NCBI GenBank assembly: GCA_905182585.1
Contig: CAJJCC010000014.1
Coordinates: 6,090 to 70,089 of the forward strand
Length of the DNA stretch: 64,000 bases
Direction: 5' to 3'
Source of the DNA: an uncultured Flavobacteriales bacterium
Lineage (GTDB): Bacteria; Bacteroidota; Bacteroidia; Flavobacteriales_C; GCA-002722245
Shown: positions 8,463 to 18,616 of the stretch, in pieces
Layout of the letters: every line of letters begins with the position of its first letter
How positions within the stretch are numbered: position 1 is the stretch's first letter
The notes under the pieces: model-generated
The model's input: only the letters and a program-made list of their open reading frames with translations
The model's database searches: none
Told to the model about the DNA's origin: nothing
Translations under genes and position numbers: made by a program

Positions 8463-10268
8463 TTAAAAGTAAATAAGTTTTAATAACGAAAGAGTTGTGA
8501 TCATAAAAATCACCGTCAACGGAAATCCAAACTTAAAATAATCCTTAAAGTTATAACCTCCTGGTCCGTAAACCATCAAATTAGTTTGATAACCAATTGG
8601 CGTTAAAAAAGTCTTAGAACCTGCAAAGGCTACGCAAAAAACAAAAGGCATGATCTCAAAATTGTGAACCTTTGCAAAACTCAATGCAATTGGCATTATA
8701 ATAGAAACCGCAGCAATGTTTGTCATATATGCAGCTAAGAGGTTGGTAATTAAATAAACTCCTGCTAATATTCCTATTGGACCTAATGGCTTAAGAACCG
8801 ATAACCCTTCGCTCGCTATTAACTCAGCAGTTCCACTTTTGTCCATGGCTACGCCAATGGTTAAAGCTCCTCCCATGATTGCGATTAAGTTAAGATTTAT
8901 TGCGCGCTTAAGTTCCCCAAACAAAACAACTTTACTTAATAAAAGATAAACGAATAAAATTAACAATGATTGAAATAAGGATACTACACCAAGAGCTGGT
9001 AGTAAGATCGAAATAATAGAAGCTATGATTAATGATGTAGATTTTTTACCATCAATATCCTGCAACTGGCGAACATTTGAAATAAGCGTTAACTCTTTTG
9101 CTCTCCTTATTCTTTTGTAAAAATCATGTCCAACAACACAAAGCATCATATCACCTTTTTGAAGGGTAATGTCTCCTATTTTCCCAAATAGTTTTTCACC
9201 ATCCCTTCTAACGGCAATAATAGCGGCATCGAATCTTGACCTAAAGTCGGTGTCCTTTATTTTTTTTCTCGAAAGAGATGAATTATAAGGTAAGATCACC
9301 TCTACAACTTCCTTCTTCTTTTTCATTGCTCCAACTTCATTTGGCATTTCTAAACCAAGATCCATATTCACAATATCAACAATTTTCTCTGTTTCTCCGG
9401 CAAAGATTAAATAATCGCCAGCTCTCATAATTTCTTTAGGACCTGGTGCAGTTCGAACTTTATCGGGACGTACTATTTCCACAAGGTACAAATCGTTCAG
9501 GTTTCTTAGGTTTGATTCTCCAATCGTCTTCCCTACCAAAGGCGAACCTTTAGAAACCAACAAATCAACTAAATATTCTCTATTATTTTCATCAAAATTA
9601 GAAAGCATTCCTACATTATCAGGAAGAATTCTCTTTCCAAAAATCAATATATAAATAATCCCTACGACAACTAGTGGAGCTCCAATTAAGAGGAAAGAAA
9701 ACATAGATAATGCTGCATCGGGACCTTCTTTTGAAACTAAAATACTATTGGCAATAAGATTAGTTGAAGTACCTATTAGGGTTAATCCTCCACCCATTAT
9801 GGCAGCAAACGATAAAGGGATTAGCAATTTTGAAGGGGCAACTTTATTTTTCCTTCCCCAATCCACAACGTATGGCAGTAATAAAGCTACTAAAGGGGTG
9901 TTATTCATAAACCCTGAAAACATCGAAACAAACCCTGTCATTTTGAGAGTAAAGGCGAAATAACCTTTTGTTTTCAAAAAAAGCTTTTGAAATAGTTGCT
10001 CGATAACAGGACTCCTTTTAAGAAACTGCCCGATCACCAAAAGCATTATAATTACAGCAACTTGCTCGTTTGCAAACGAAGAAAGTACTTCATCAGTTTT
10101 AACAATACTTGGAATTAGTAAAAGTCCGACTGCACCCAAAAAAGTAATTGCAGTGTTGTATATTTCCTTGTACAGGAAGATGATAGTAAGTGAAACTACT
10201 CCTATAACATAGACCTGTATCCAAGTCTCGCTTATATAATCGGCTAATTGAAACATAATTAATTCCAC
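8463..10268 (-). CDS. SLC13/DASS-family anion permease with two central TrkA-C domains
   Basis: 601 aa. Polytopic N- and C-terminal halves flank a soluble insert with two RCK_C-like repeats ('GKTIGESNLRNLNDLYLVEIVR', 'SRKKIKDTDFRSRFDAAIIAVRR'). Confidence 0.8.
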   Translation of the reverse strand: MELIMFQLADYISETWIQVYVIGVVSLTIIFLYKEIYNTAITFLGAVGLLLIPSIVKTDEVLSSFANEQVAVIIMLLVIGQFLKRSPVIEQLFQKLFLKTKGYFAFTLKMTGFVSMFSGFMNNTPLVALLLPYVVDWGRKNKVAPSKLLIPLSFAAIMGGGLTLIGTSTNLIANSILVSKEGPDAALSMFSFLLIGAPLVVVGIIYILIFGKRILPDNVGMLSNFDENNREYLVDLLVSKGSPLVGKTIGESNLRNLNDLYLVEIVRPDKVRTAPGPKEIMRAGDYLIFAGETEKIVDIVNMDLGLEMPNEVGAMKKKKEVVEVILPYNSSLSRKKIKDTDFRSRFDAAIIAVRRDGEKLFGKIGDITLQKGDMMLCVVGHDFYKRIRRAKELTLISNVRQLQDIDGKKSTSLIIASIISILLPALGVVSLFQSLLILFVYLLLSKVVLFGELKRAINLNLIAIMGGALTIGVAMDKSGTAELIASEGLSVLKPLGPIGILAGVYLITNLLAAYMTNIAAVSIIMPIALSFAKVHNFEIMPFVFCVAFAGSKTFLTPIGYQTNLMVYGPGGYNFKDYFKFGFPLTVIFMITTLSLLKLIYF

Positions 10269-10466
10269 GCAAAGTTAATAATACTAGCTAAACATACATT
10301 GAGAGAATTAGAATATTATCAGCAACTCGATTTTTCATGTTAAATAGGTTGATAAACTAAGTGTTAACAAACTGTAGGTAAACCTATTGCATTTCCATCC
10401 AAAATGACGTAAATTGAAGAAGAATAATAAAGGTTTAATTTATACCTTTGATATCTATTACAAGAA

Positions 10467-11597
10467 ATGAATATTAGAGTAGAAAAAATAGCAAAAGAAT
10501 TACTCCTTGAAGAGGATTGTGTTGTCATTCCGCAGTTTGGTGGTTTTGTAACGCACTATCGTCCTGCTATACTCGAACCTTCTAAAAACATTCTTATCCC
10601 TCCAGGGAAAGGAATCTCTTTTAATATTAAGCTTTCAAAAAACGATGGCTTACTTGCCCAAAATGTAGCCACTAAATGTGGAATGACCTATAATGAAGCC
10701 CTTAAAGCAATTGAGGTTAAAGTTTCATTTTGGCAAAAAGAACTTGAAAAATCAAATTACCTTGAATTAGAAGGAATTGGTTCTTTTGTTCTGAACAAGG
10801 AAGGGAATTTAATTTTTGATCAATTTAACGAATCAAATTTTGCGAACACTTCTTTCGGTTTAACGAATGTTCATGCTACTCCTATTGAGCGCGTTGGTTT
10901 AGCCCATAGAATAGAGCGTGGCTTAAATCAGAAAAAAGCAACTCCGAAAACATATAAAACTATCAAAAGAACTGTTACTGCTATAGCGGCTGTTTCAATT
11001 GGTGCTTTCTTATTTTTATCGGTTTCTACAAATAACGATGCAATCCGCAATCATTTAGATTTAAATTTTCTGAATGGATTATTTTCCGAAAAAATCGAGC
11101 CTCAAGCGAAATTCACGGTTGGCAAATCAAAAGCTGTTGAAGATAAGACCGTGGTTGTTGAAGAAATTGCTTTTTTTGATGAGCATGAAAAACAGTTATT
11201 CACTGATCGTGGACTGTTAGATCAGCAAGAGGATTTAAATCAAATTAAAATTTTACAGGAAGAACAAAAAGAAAAAGCTAAAATATTTGCTAAATTTCCC
11301 GTTAAAAAAATAAAGAAAAAATCCATTAAAATCGTTAGTCCTCAACCAGTAAAAAATTCAACTACTTCTTTCAAATACCATGTAATTGCTGGTTGTTTTG
11401 GTGTTGAGAGTAACGCTGGTAAAATGGTGTTAAGATTACAAAAAGCTGGATTTCCCAATGCTCAATTAGCAGGTTCTTCTAATTCTGGTCTTCATCGTGT
11501 TTCCTACGGCTCTTACAATAATAAGGTTGTCGCCCTAAAAGCTCTTGCTAAGGCAAAGCTTTCTCACAACAGCAAAGCTTGGTTAGCAAACGACTAG
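10467..11597 (+). CDS. HU-like (HU-CCDC81) and SPOR domain-containing protein
   Basis: 376 aa. N-terminal 'VVIPQFGGFVTHYRPA' HU-CCDC81-type motif, a central TM segment, and a C-terminal SPOR-like 'YHVIAGCFGVESNAGKMVLRLQKAGF...HRVSYGSY'. Confidence 0.7.
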   Translation: MNIRVEKIAKELLLEEDCVVIPQFGGFVTHYRPAILEPSKNILIPPGKGISFNIKLSKNDGLLAQNVATKCGMTYNEALKAIEVKVSFWQKELEKSNYLELEGIGSFVLNKEGNLIFDQFNESNFANTSFGLTNVHATPIERVGLAHRIERGLNQKKATPKTYKTIKRTVTAIAAVSIGAFLFLSVSTNNDAIRNHLDLNFLNGLFSEKIEPQAKFTVGKSKAVEDKTVVVEEIAFFDEHEKQLFTDRGLLDQQEDLNQIKILQEEQKEKAKIFAKFPVKKIKKKSIKIVSPQPVKNSTTSFKYHVIAGCFGVESNAGKMVLRLQKAGFPNAQLAGSSNSGLHRVSYGSYNNKVVALKALAKAKLSHNSKAWLAND

Positions 11598-11772
11598 CTT
11601 TACTCAAAAAATGTTATTCCGAATTTTTAATGATTAACAAATAAATGTTGGAAATACAAGCATTTATTAACATTTCAAGCACCATAAAAAAAGTAAACAG
11701 AATTTAATTTTGTTTCAATCCGGATAAAATGTGAATAGGCAAATTTTATTTGGATTCAATAATGAACTCGCC

Positions 11773-11890
11773 TATCTTTGCAGTCGAACAAATGAAAAAC
11801 TGGTTTATGTATTGCTGTTATCGTGCAGTGTACTTTACCAAGTATAGAGGATAAATATCGACTTTCTTTTTGAAAGGATTATTTATTTTA
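11773..11890 (+). promoter_or_regulatory. candidate promoter, 20-codon aromatic-rich leader ORF and terminator-like hairpin upstream of the DAHP synthase/chorismate mutase gene
   Basis: TTTG (11749-11752), then a 20-nt spacer, then TATCTTTG (11773-11780) fits the Bacteroidota -33/-7 consensus. ORF 11792..11854 encodes MKNWFMYCCYRAVYFTKYRG, with 7 of 20 residues aromatic. An imperfect hairpin at 11851-11886 is followed by TTTT. Confidence 0.35.
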
Positions 11891-11930
11891 GCTACCAACC
11901 AGGATTTTTTTGAGCATAAAATTAAAAGTT

Positions 11931-13034
11931 ATGAGTTTAGATTTAAAAAGAATTAAAGATTGGGGATTAGGTTTAGAGCAACCAATGATCATAAGTGGTC
12001 CTTGTAGTGCTGAAACTGAAGAGCAAGTATTAACTACTGCTAGAGACGTCGCTAAGGATAAAAGAGTAAGTGTATTAAGAGCTGGTATTTGGAAACCGAG
12101 AACTAGACCAGGAAGTTTCGAAGGTATTGGAGAAATAGGTTTAGAGTGGTTAAACAAAGCTAAAGCTGAAACTGGTTTACTAACAGCCACTGAAGTTGCA
12201 ACTGGTGCTCACGTTGAAGCTTGTTTAAAAGCAGGAATTGATATTTTATGGGTTGGTGCTCGTACTACAGTAAACCCTTTCTCTGTTCAGGAAGTTGCTG
12301 ACGCTTTACAAGGTGTTGACATTCCAGTAATGGTTAAAAACCCAATTAACCCAGATATAGGGTTATGGCAAGGTGGTTTAGAAAGAATTAATAAAGCAGG
12401 TATTACAAGATTAGCTGCAATTCATAGAGGTTTCTCCACATATGAAAAAACTCCATTCCGTAACCTACCAATGTGGGATATGGCCATTGAAATGATGCGT
12501 AAGTTCCCTGATTTAGATATCGTGAATGATCCATCACACATCGCTGGTAACCGTGATTTACTACCTTACGTTTGTCAAAAAGCGTTGGATTTGAATATGG
12601 AAGGATTAATGATTGAGTCGCATATGGCTCCTTCTGTTGCATGGTCTGATGCTGCACAGCAAGTTACTCCAGCTGGTTTATCTCAATTATTAGACGGATT
12701 AACTTTCAGACAAGAAACTTCTGAAGCTGCCGACACTAATAAATTGGACTCTTTGAGAAAAGAAATTGACGATTTAGATGATGAAATCTTCCAAAAGATT
12801 TCATCAAGAATGAAAGTTGCTGATCAAATTGGTGAGTACAAGAGAGACAACAGCGTTACAATTTTACAGGTTGACAGATGGGAAGAAATCGTTAATAAAA
12901 GAATTGCTTTAGGTGTTGCTATGGGTCTTGATGCTGATTTTGTTAAGCATTACTTAAAATTAATACATAAAGAATCTATTCGTCGTCAAAATGTTATTAT
13001 GAATGATGGACAACCAGAATTAGTTGGAAAGTAA
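11931..13034 (+). CDS. bifunctional 3-deoxy-7-phosphoheptulonate (DAHP) synthase / chorismate mutase type II
   Basis: The 'IISGPCSAETEEQ' N-terminus and a class I-beta DAHP synthase body are followed by a C-terminal CM_2 domain ('LRKEIDDLDDEIFQKISSRMKVADQIGEYK'). The ORF track starts at an upstream TTG (11910). The ATG at 11931 looks more likely. Confidence 0.85.
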   Translation: MSLDLKRIKDWGLGLEQPMIISGPCSAETEEQVLTTARDVAKDKRVSVLRAGIWKPRTRPGSFEGIGEIGLEWLNKAKAETGLLTATEVATGAHVEACLKAGIDILWVGARTTVNPFSVQEVADALQGVDIPVMVKNPINPDIGLWQGGLERINKAGITRLAAIHRGFSTYEKTPFRNLPMWDMAIEMMRKFPDLDIVNDPSHIAGNRDLLPYVCQKALDLNMEGLMIESHMAPSVAWSDAAQQVTPAGLSQLLDGLTFRQETSEAADTNKLDSLRKEIDDLDDEIFQKISSRMKVADQIGEYKRDNSVTILQVDRWEEIVNKRIALGVAMGLDADFVKHYLKLIHKESIRRQNVIMNDGQPELVGK

Positions 13035-13054
13035 TTTCAACTGATCATAAAACT

Positions 13055-13084
13055 AAAAAGGGTGAGAAAATTCTCACCCTTTTT
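13055..13084 (+). terminator. rho-independent terminator
   Basis: AAAAAGGGTGAGA-aaat-TCTCACCCTTTTT, 20 nt after the stop codon. Confidence 0.8.
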
Positions 13085-13189
13085 AGTTTTAAAGAAATTA
13101 ATATAACCTGTTTAATCTCATTTATAACCATTTTAACGTTATTAATAGATGTTTAACCATCATTTTATTTTTTAAAAACTATATTAATT

Positions 13190-13197
13190 TAACTTTG
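13190..13197 (+). promoter_or_regulatory. putative Bacteroidota -7 box (TAACTTTG)
   Basis: Exact match to TAnnTTTG, about 85 nt upstream of the ATG at 13283. Confidence 0.3.
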
Positions 13198-13282
13198 CGT
13201 TCGTTAAGCTGTAATCTAACAGTCTTGACAGAAAATTTAGGTTCAATTTTTGCTTAATGAAAATAGACTTAAAAAGATTAAT

Positions 13283-16200
13283 ATGCGAAAGCTAATTTCA
13301 TTTGTATTCATAGGCCTATTACTTCCTCTAATAAGTTCGGCATCTGGCGGTTATTTAATTAAAAACAAAGGTCAATTTCCCCTACAAGTTTTATATCAAG
13401 CTAAATTAAATTACGGTGTATTTTTTATTGAGAAGACTGGATTCAAAATAACAGTTGCAAATCCTCAACAATTAAATAAGCTTTTAAACCACAATAATGA
13501 AGGGCATGATCATAAATCAGGTGATCACGTAAAAAAAAGTGATATTATCGACGGTCATACATTCTCAATCAACTTTAAAAATTCTAACACATTAAGTTTT
13601 GGTGCTGAAGAGACAAATCTTACTCATAAAGTCAGTTCATTTCTTGGAAATGACGAATCCAAATGGGTAAGCAACCTAACTCCTATTCAAATAACAACTA
13701 TACCAAATATCTACGATAACATCGATTTAAGAATTTCCTTTGTTGACAATTCAATAAAATACGATTTCATTGTTAATCCGGGAGGAGACCCTAACCAAAT
13801 CCAAATTGAATACAACGGACTAGAATCTCTTCACCATTTAAAAAACAAAATAACACTTGTTACAAGCGTAGGAAGTATTATTGACTCCGCTCCATATTCT
13901 TATCAAGAGGACGGAATTCAATTAAAAACAGTATTCAAAAAAATAAATCAAAATACTTTTGGAATTGAAACTGAAGACTATGACACCTCTACCATTCTTA
14001 CAATAGACCCACAACTAAACTTCTCAACTTTTAGTGGATCTTTTGCTGATAACTGGGGATTTTCTGCTACATATGATGATTTGGGATACGCCTATGCTGG
14101 AGGTATAGCATTTAGCTTTGGTTATCCAACAACTGCCGGAGCATTTAGTAGTTCAATGGCAGGCGGTGGTGTTGATATGACAATTTCCAAATTTAGTCCT
14201 AACGGAGAAAACTTAGTAGCCTCAACTTACCTTGGAGGAAATGGAACAGAAGCTCCACATAGTATGATTGTAAACAGTAAAAGAGAACTTATTATATATG
14301 GTGCTTCGGGCTCTACTGACTATCCTACTCTTTCCAATTCATTTGATAAAACATTTAATGGAGGAGAGTACACACCAGCAGGTTATTTGGACTTTTCAAA
14401 TGGTACTGATATCGTTTTAACCAAATTAAATGAAAATTTCACCCAATTATTGGGTAGTACATATTTTGGAGGAAGTAAAAATGATGGAATCAATGATGGA
14501 AATCAAATTCTTGGTTTGTTTCGAAACTATGGAGATGGAAATAGAGGTGAAGTTATTGTTGATGATGCAGATAACATTATTGTTTCTTCAGTAACTAATT
14601 CGTTTGATTTGCCAACAAAACTTGGATTTCAAAATACATTTGGCGGTGGAATACAAGATGGTTGTGTTATGCGATTTAATAGTAACTTATCAGAACTACA
14701 ATGGGGAAGTTATTTTGGAGGGTCCGGTGACGACGGTTGCTATTCTATTAAACAAAATTCTCAAAGTGATCTTTATATTTCTGGAGGTACTACGAGTTCA
14801 AACCTTAAAAAAACGGGTGGAAGTTTTGGTGGAAGTTACAAAGGCTCCGTTGATGGCTTTTTAGCTAAAATATCATCCAATGGTAGTACTTTAAAGAACG
14901 TCACCTATATAGGAACTCCTAGTTATGATCAAAATTACCTTGTAGATGTTGATTCAGATGATAAAGTTTATTGTTTTGGTCAATCTGCAGGAAATATGCC
15001 TATTTCGGATGGTGTTTATAATAATGCCGGAAGTAAACAGTTTATTCATAAATACAATTCGGACTTATCTAGCTTAGAATTGTCAACTGTAATAGGAAAT
15101 GGCTCCTCAGCCACAGAACTTGTCCCAACAGCTCTACTGGTAAGTGATTGTAAAGAAATTTACATTTCTGGATGGGGTGGAGCATATAATGACAACATGA
15201 TTCAAGGAACAAATGGATTCCCTATTACTGATGATGCATATCAAAAAAACACGGATGGATCTGACTTTTACATAATGGTACTGGGGCAAGAATTTTCAAC
15301 TTTAAATTACTCCACGTTTTTAGGAGGCTTATCTTTAGCTGAGCACGTAGATGGTGGTACAAGTCGATTTGATAAGAGCGGTACTATTTATCAATCTGTG
15401 TGTGCTGTGTGTGATGGCTCGTCATCTTTTCCAGTATCTCCTGGTGCCTATTCTGAAGAGAATAATTCAGGCTCTTGTAATGTAGCTCTAGTTAAAATGG
15501 ACGCATCTACTTTAACTGCTCATATCGAATTTAACCAAGACTCTATTTATTGTTCCAATTCAATTGTAATTTTCAAGAATAAAAGTACAGGAGGTAAAAG
15601 CTTTGAGTGGATTTATCCAGATGCCTCAATAATTGAAAGTCAGGATGGTCAATTTGAATTTTTAGATACCGGTACATTTGTCATAAAATTAGTCGCAATT
15701 GATCCTAGTCAGTGTCCTTATTCTGATACAGCAGAGGTAATTGTAGAGGTTACTCAAGGAATTGATTTAAATATAAAATTAGATTCTTATGATTGTGAAA
15801 ATAAAATACTAACCTTATCAGTTGACGGTCCAGATAATAATAAATATGAATGGGGAAATTTAAAGGGCTCTATTCCTGGAAATCAAAATAGTATATCATT
15901 AGCCGTAGATAATTCAACTTACTTCTATGTTAAATATGATGCAGGGTGTGGAGTTATAACTGATGACATCACGATTCCCTTACTAATTGCTCCTGTTGGG
16001 GCAAAGCATATAGGAGATGCTTGTGCCGGAGATACAGCAATATTCCCTTTTGAAAGCTTTGATGTTAACACTTATAGAACAATAAATTCTGAATCTTTCT
16101 TCTTCACAGAAGACAGTGTAAGCTTCCCTACCCAAGAAGATCAAAGTGTTTATTTAGAAACCACGACCTTATGCGGAACAGCAATCGATACGTTTAAAAT

Positions 16201-16936
16201 TAATGCTTTTATCATCAATAGCGAAACTTCTCCTGACTTAACAGTTTGTAGAGGAGAGAGAGTTTCTCTCTCAGTAGAATCAACAGCCAATATTAATTGG
16301 ATAGATACGATAACATTTCAAAACCCGAATATAGACCAACAAGTAGTTCATCCACATACAACACAATCCTATTATGTTGAGCTTAATGAAAATAATTGTT
16401 CAATGAGCGACACCATTACTGTATCAGTACTCCCCGTAATGGATCAATCATTAGATCCTGTTTACACTTTAAATTATGGTGAAAATATAAATGTTAACTT
16501 AAATACGATGTTTGATTACCAATGGCATCCAACCAACTACTTAAGCTGCCAAAGCTGTCCTTCACCAACAATTACGCCTGATGAAAATATAACTTACTTT
16601 GTTTCGTATTATGATACAAATAACTGTTTTATACAAGATACAATTCAGTTCCAAGTTATCTTCCCACTTTACATCCCAAATTCATTTACACCTAATGGTG
16701 ATTTCAAAAATGACTTTTTCAGAGCAGAGAGCCATCTTATTTCTGATTTTGAAATGTTCATATTTAACAGATGGGGAAATCAAGTTTTCCACACAAATAA
16801 CATCCACGAAGGATGGGATGGAACACTTAACAAAGAAGATCAACAAATAGACGTTTATATTTATAAAATAATTTACAAAAAAGTATACACGGATAAGTAT
16901 TATGAAAGAACTGGTGTTGTGACACTGCTCAGGTAA
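13283..16936 (+). CDS. large secreted beta-propeller-repeat (SBBP-like) protein with T9SS type B (gliding motility-associated) C-terminal sorting domain
   Basis: Signal peptide MRKLISFVFIGLLLPLISSASG. Repeated 'YLGG/YFGG...D' SBBP-like units. The C-terminus 'IPNSFTPNGDFKNDFF...FIFNRWGNQVF...GWDGT...DVYIYKI' matches the type B sorting-domain pattern. The ORF track start at 13250 is a TTG, and the ATG at 13283 begins the signal peptide. Confidence 0.8.
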   Translation: MRKLISFVFIGLLLPLISSASGGYLIKNKGQFPLQVLYQAKLNYGVFFIEKTGFKITVANPQQLNKLLNHNNEGHDHKSGDHVKKSDIIDGHTFSINFKNSNTLSFGAEETNLTHKVSSFLGNDESKWVSNLTPIQITTIPNIYDNIDLRISFVDNSIKYDFIVNPGGDPNQIQIEYNGLESLHHLKNKITLVTSVGSIIDSAPYSYQEDGIQLKTVFKKINQNTFGIETEDYDTSTILTIDPQLNFSTFSGSFADNWGFSATYDDLGYAYAGGIAFSFGYPTTAGAFSSSMAGGGVDMTISKFSPNGENLVASTYLGGNGTEAPHSMIVNSKRELIIYGASGSTDYPTLSNSFDKTFNGGEYTPAGYLDFSNGTDIVLTKLNENFTQLLGSTYFGGSKNDGINDGNQILGLFRNYGDGNRGEVIVDDADNIIVSSVTNSFDLPTKLGFQNTFGGGIQDGCVMRFNSNLSELQWGSYFGGSGDDGCYSIKQNSQSDLYISGGTTSSNLKKTGGSFGGSYKGSVDGFLAKISSNGSTLKNVTYIGTPSYDQNYLVDVDSDDKVYCFGQSAGNMPISDGVYNNAGSKQFIHKYNSDLSSLELSTVIGNGSSATELVPTALLVSDCKEIYISGWGGAYNDNMIQGTNGFPITDDAYQKNTDGSDFYIMVLGQEFSTLNYSTFLGGLSLAEHVDGGTSRFDKSGTIYQSVCAVCDGSSSFPVSPGAYSEENNSGSCNVALVKMDASTLTAHIEFNQDSIYCSNSIVIFKNKSTGGKSFEWIYPDASIIESQDGQFEFLDTGTFVIKLVAIDPSQCPYSDTAEVIVEVTQGIDLNIKLDSYDCENKILTLSVDGPDNNKYEWGNLKGSIPGNQNSISLAVDNSTYFYVKYDAGCGVITDDITIPLLIAPVGAKHIGDACAGDTAIFPFESFDVNTYRTINSESFFFTEDSVSFPTQEDQSVYLETTTLCGTAIDTFKINAFIINSETSPDLTVCRGERVSLSVESTANINWIDTITFQNPNIDQQVVHPHTTQSYYVELNENNCSMSDTITVSVLPVMDQSLDPVYTLNYGENINVNLNTMFDYQWHPTNYLSCQSCPSPTITPDENITYFVSYYDTNNCFIQDTIQFQVIFPLYIPNSFTPNGDFKNDFFRAESHLISDFEMFIFNRWGNQVFHTNNIHEGWDGTLNKEDQQIDVYIYKIIYKKVYTDKYYERTGVVTLLR

Positions 16937-16953
16937 ATCTTGAATTACAAAAT

Positions 16954-16991
16954 AAAAAAGCTCCGTTACTTAATTGTAACGGAGCTTTTTT
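16954..16991. terminator. bidirectional rho-independent terminator between convergent genes
   Basis: AAAAAAGCTCCGTTAC-ttaatt-GTAACGGAGCTTTTTT: 11-bp stem flanked by an A-tract and a T-tract. Confidence 0.85.
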
Positions 16992-17013
16992 ATGCTAAAC
17001 AATTGATATTGAC

Positions 17014-18039
17014 TTAGGGAAACAAACCTCCTTGAGTACCGTGATAGTTTATTCCTAAATGTTTGTAAGCTTGTTCAGTAACTTCTCGACCTCTTTGTGT
17101 TCGATTAATGAATCCTTCCATAATTAAGAATGGCTCATAAACCTCTTCAATTGTTCCCGCGTCCTCACCAACTGCAGTTGCAATTGTATTTATTCCTACA
17201 GGTCCACCTTTGAATTTATCTATTATAGTTGTCAGGATTCTAATATCCATATCATCCAACCCATTTTCATCAACATTCAATGCTTTTAAGGCATGATTCG
17301 TTACTTTCATGTTTATTGTGCCGTCGCCTTTAATTTCAGCGAAATCACGCACTCTTCTTAATAATGCGTTAGCTATTCGAGGAGTTCCTCTACTCCTTCT
17401 TGATATTTCAAACGCAGCATCATCTTCTATTGGAACATTCAGTAAATCCGCAGAACGTAATATAATTAACTGTAATAATTCAGCATCATAATATTCGAGC
17501 CTACAATTAATTCCAAAACGAGCCCTCAATGGTGAAGTTAATAAACCCGAACGTGTAGTGGCGCCAATTAAAGTAAAAGGCTCCAAACCTATTTGAACTG
17601 ATCTCGCATTCGGACCAGAATCAATCATAATATCAATTTTATAATCTTCCATGGCAGAGTATAAATACTCCTCTACAATAGGACTTAAACGATGAATCTC
17701 ATCAATAAACAAAACGTCACCTTCAGCTAAATTGGTTAATAGTCCAGCCAAATCACCTGGTTTGTCTAGCATCGGTCCTGAAACCAATTTAATGTTACTT
17801 CCAAGCTCATTGGCTATGATATTCCCCAATGTTGTTTTTCCTAAACCTGGAGGCCCATGCAATAAAACATGATCCAAAGCCTCTTCTCTTTTTAAAGCAG
17901 CTTGAACAAAAATGGATAAATTATCAAGCACTTTTTTTTGTCCTGTGAAATCTTCAAAGGCTTTTGGACGCAATACTTTTTCGAACTCCATTTCTGGGCT
18001 CGACAATTGTTCATCTGATGGATCTAAGGCTTCGTTCAT
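17014..18039 (-). CDS. ruvB: Holliday junction branch migration DNA helicase RuvB
   Basis: 341 aa. '[12 protein letters not shown]', Walker A 'GPPGLGKTT', '[11 protein letters not shown]' and '[18 protein letters not shown]'. Confidence 0.95.
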   Translation of the reverse strand: MNEALDPSDEQLSSPEMEFEKVLRPKAFEDFTGQKKVLDNLSIFVQAALKREEALDHVLLHGPPGLGKTTLGNIIANELGSNIKLVSGPMLDKPGDLAGLLTNLAEGDVLFIDEIHRLSPIVEEYLYSAMEDYKIDIMIDSGPNARSVQIGLEPFTLIGATTRSGLLTSPLRARFGINCRLEYYDAELLQLIILRSADLLNVPIEDDAAFEISRRSRGTPRIANALLRRVRDFAEIKGDGTINMKVTNHALKALNVDENGLDDMDIRILTTIIDKFKGGPVGINTIATAVGEDAGTIEEVYEPFLIMEGFINRTQRGREVTEQAYKHLGINYHGTQGGLFP

Positions 18040-18041
18040 TA

Positions 18042-18602
18042 TTACTTAAGATACTTTGTATAACAAGAACGACAAAGTGGTTCGTAAGAATCTTTTTCCC
18101 CTAGCATTAATCTTTTCTCTGCTGTAATGTTAATTCTATGCGTTAAGCTCGCGTCACCTTTGCATTCAATACAAATTGCTTTTAATTTAGTGACCTTGTC
18201 GGCAACACCTAATAAGTTTGGCATTGGCTGAAATGGTTTGGATAAATAATCCATATCTAATCCAGCAACAATAACCCTTACTCCTCCATTGGCTAATTTC
18301 ACACAAGCTTCAACTAACTCAGGACTAAAAAACTGTGCTTCATCAATACCAACGATATCCGCATCAATTGACAAACCTAAAATCTCCTTTGCGTCCATCA
18401 CAGGCTTAGCTCCAATTCTTTTATTGTCGTGTGAAACAATCTCCGTTTCTGAATACCGTGTATCAAACATTGGCTTGAATAACATGTACGGAATTTTTGC
18501 TATTTCAGCGCGAGATACTCTTCTTATTAATTCTTCAGTTTTACCCGAAAACATTGGCCCAGTAATAACTTCTATGGACCCTTTTTTAACTCCTTGACTC
18601 AT
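18042..18602 (-). CDS. tdk: thymidine kinase
   Basis: 186 aa. P-loop '[12 protein letters not shown]', '[10 protein letters not shown]', and C-terminal zinc Cys pairs (CIEC...CRSC). Confidence 0.93.
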   Translation of the reverse strand: MSQGVKKGSIEVITGPMFSGKTEELIRRVSRAEIAKIPYMLFKPMFDTRYSETEIVSHDNKRIGAKPVMDAKEILGLSIDADIVGIDEAQFFSPELVEACVKLANGGVRVIVAGLDMDYLSKPFQPMPNLLGVADKVTKLKAICIECKGDASLTHRINITAEKRLMLGEKDSYEPLCRSCYTKYLK

Positions 18603-18616
18603 AATAAGGTTTAATA

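Noticed and set aside
11717-11757. Long AT-rich hairpin AATCCGGATAAAAT...ATTTTATTTGGATT upstream of the aro promoter
   Set aside because: It lies upstream of the predicted -7 box, so it is not part of the putative attenuator. It is probably a weak terminator for the HU/SPOR gene or a chance structure.
11888-12190. 100-aa minus-strand ORF, representative of many 60-100-aa antisense ORFs in the track (e.g. 958-1143, 9748-9963, 12403-12657, 14604-14864, 17309-17491, 18289-18597, 18687-18974, 24012-24317, 36403-36696, 46502-46777)
   Set aside because: All are nested in, or antisense to, longer ORFs with clear family motifs. They are shadow ORFs.
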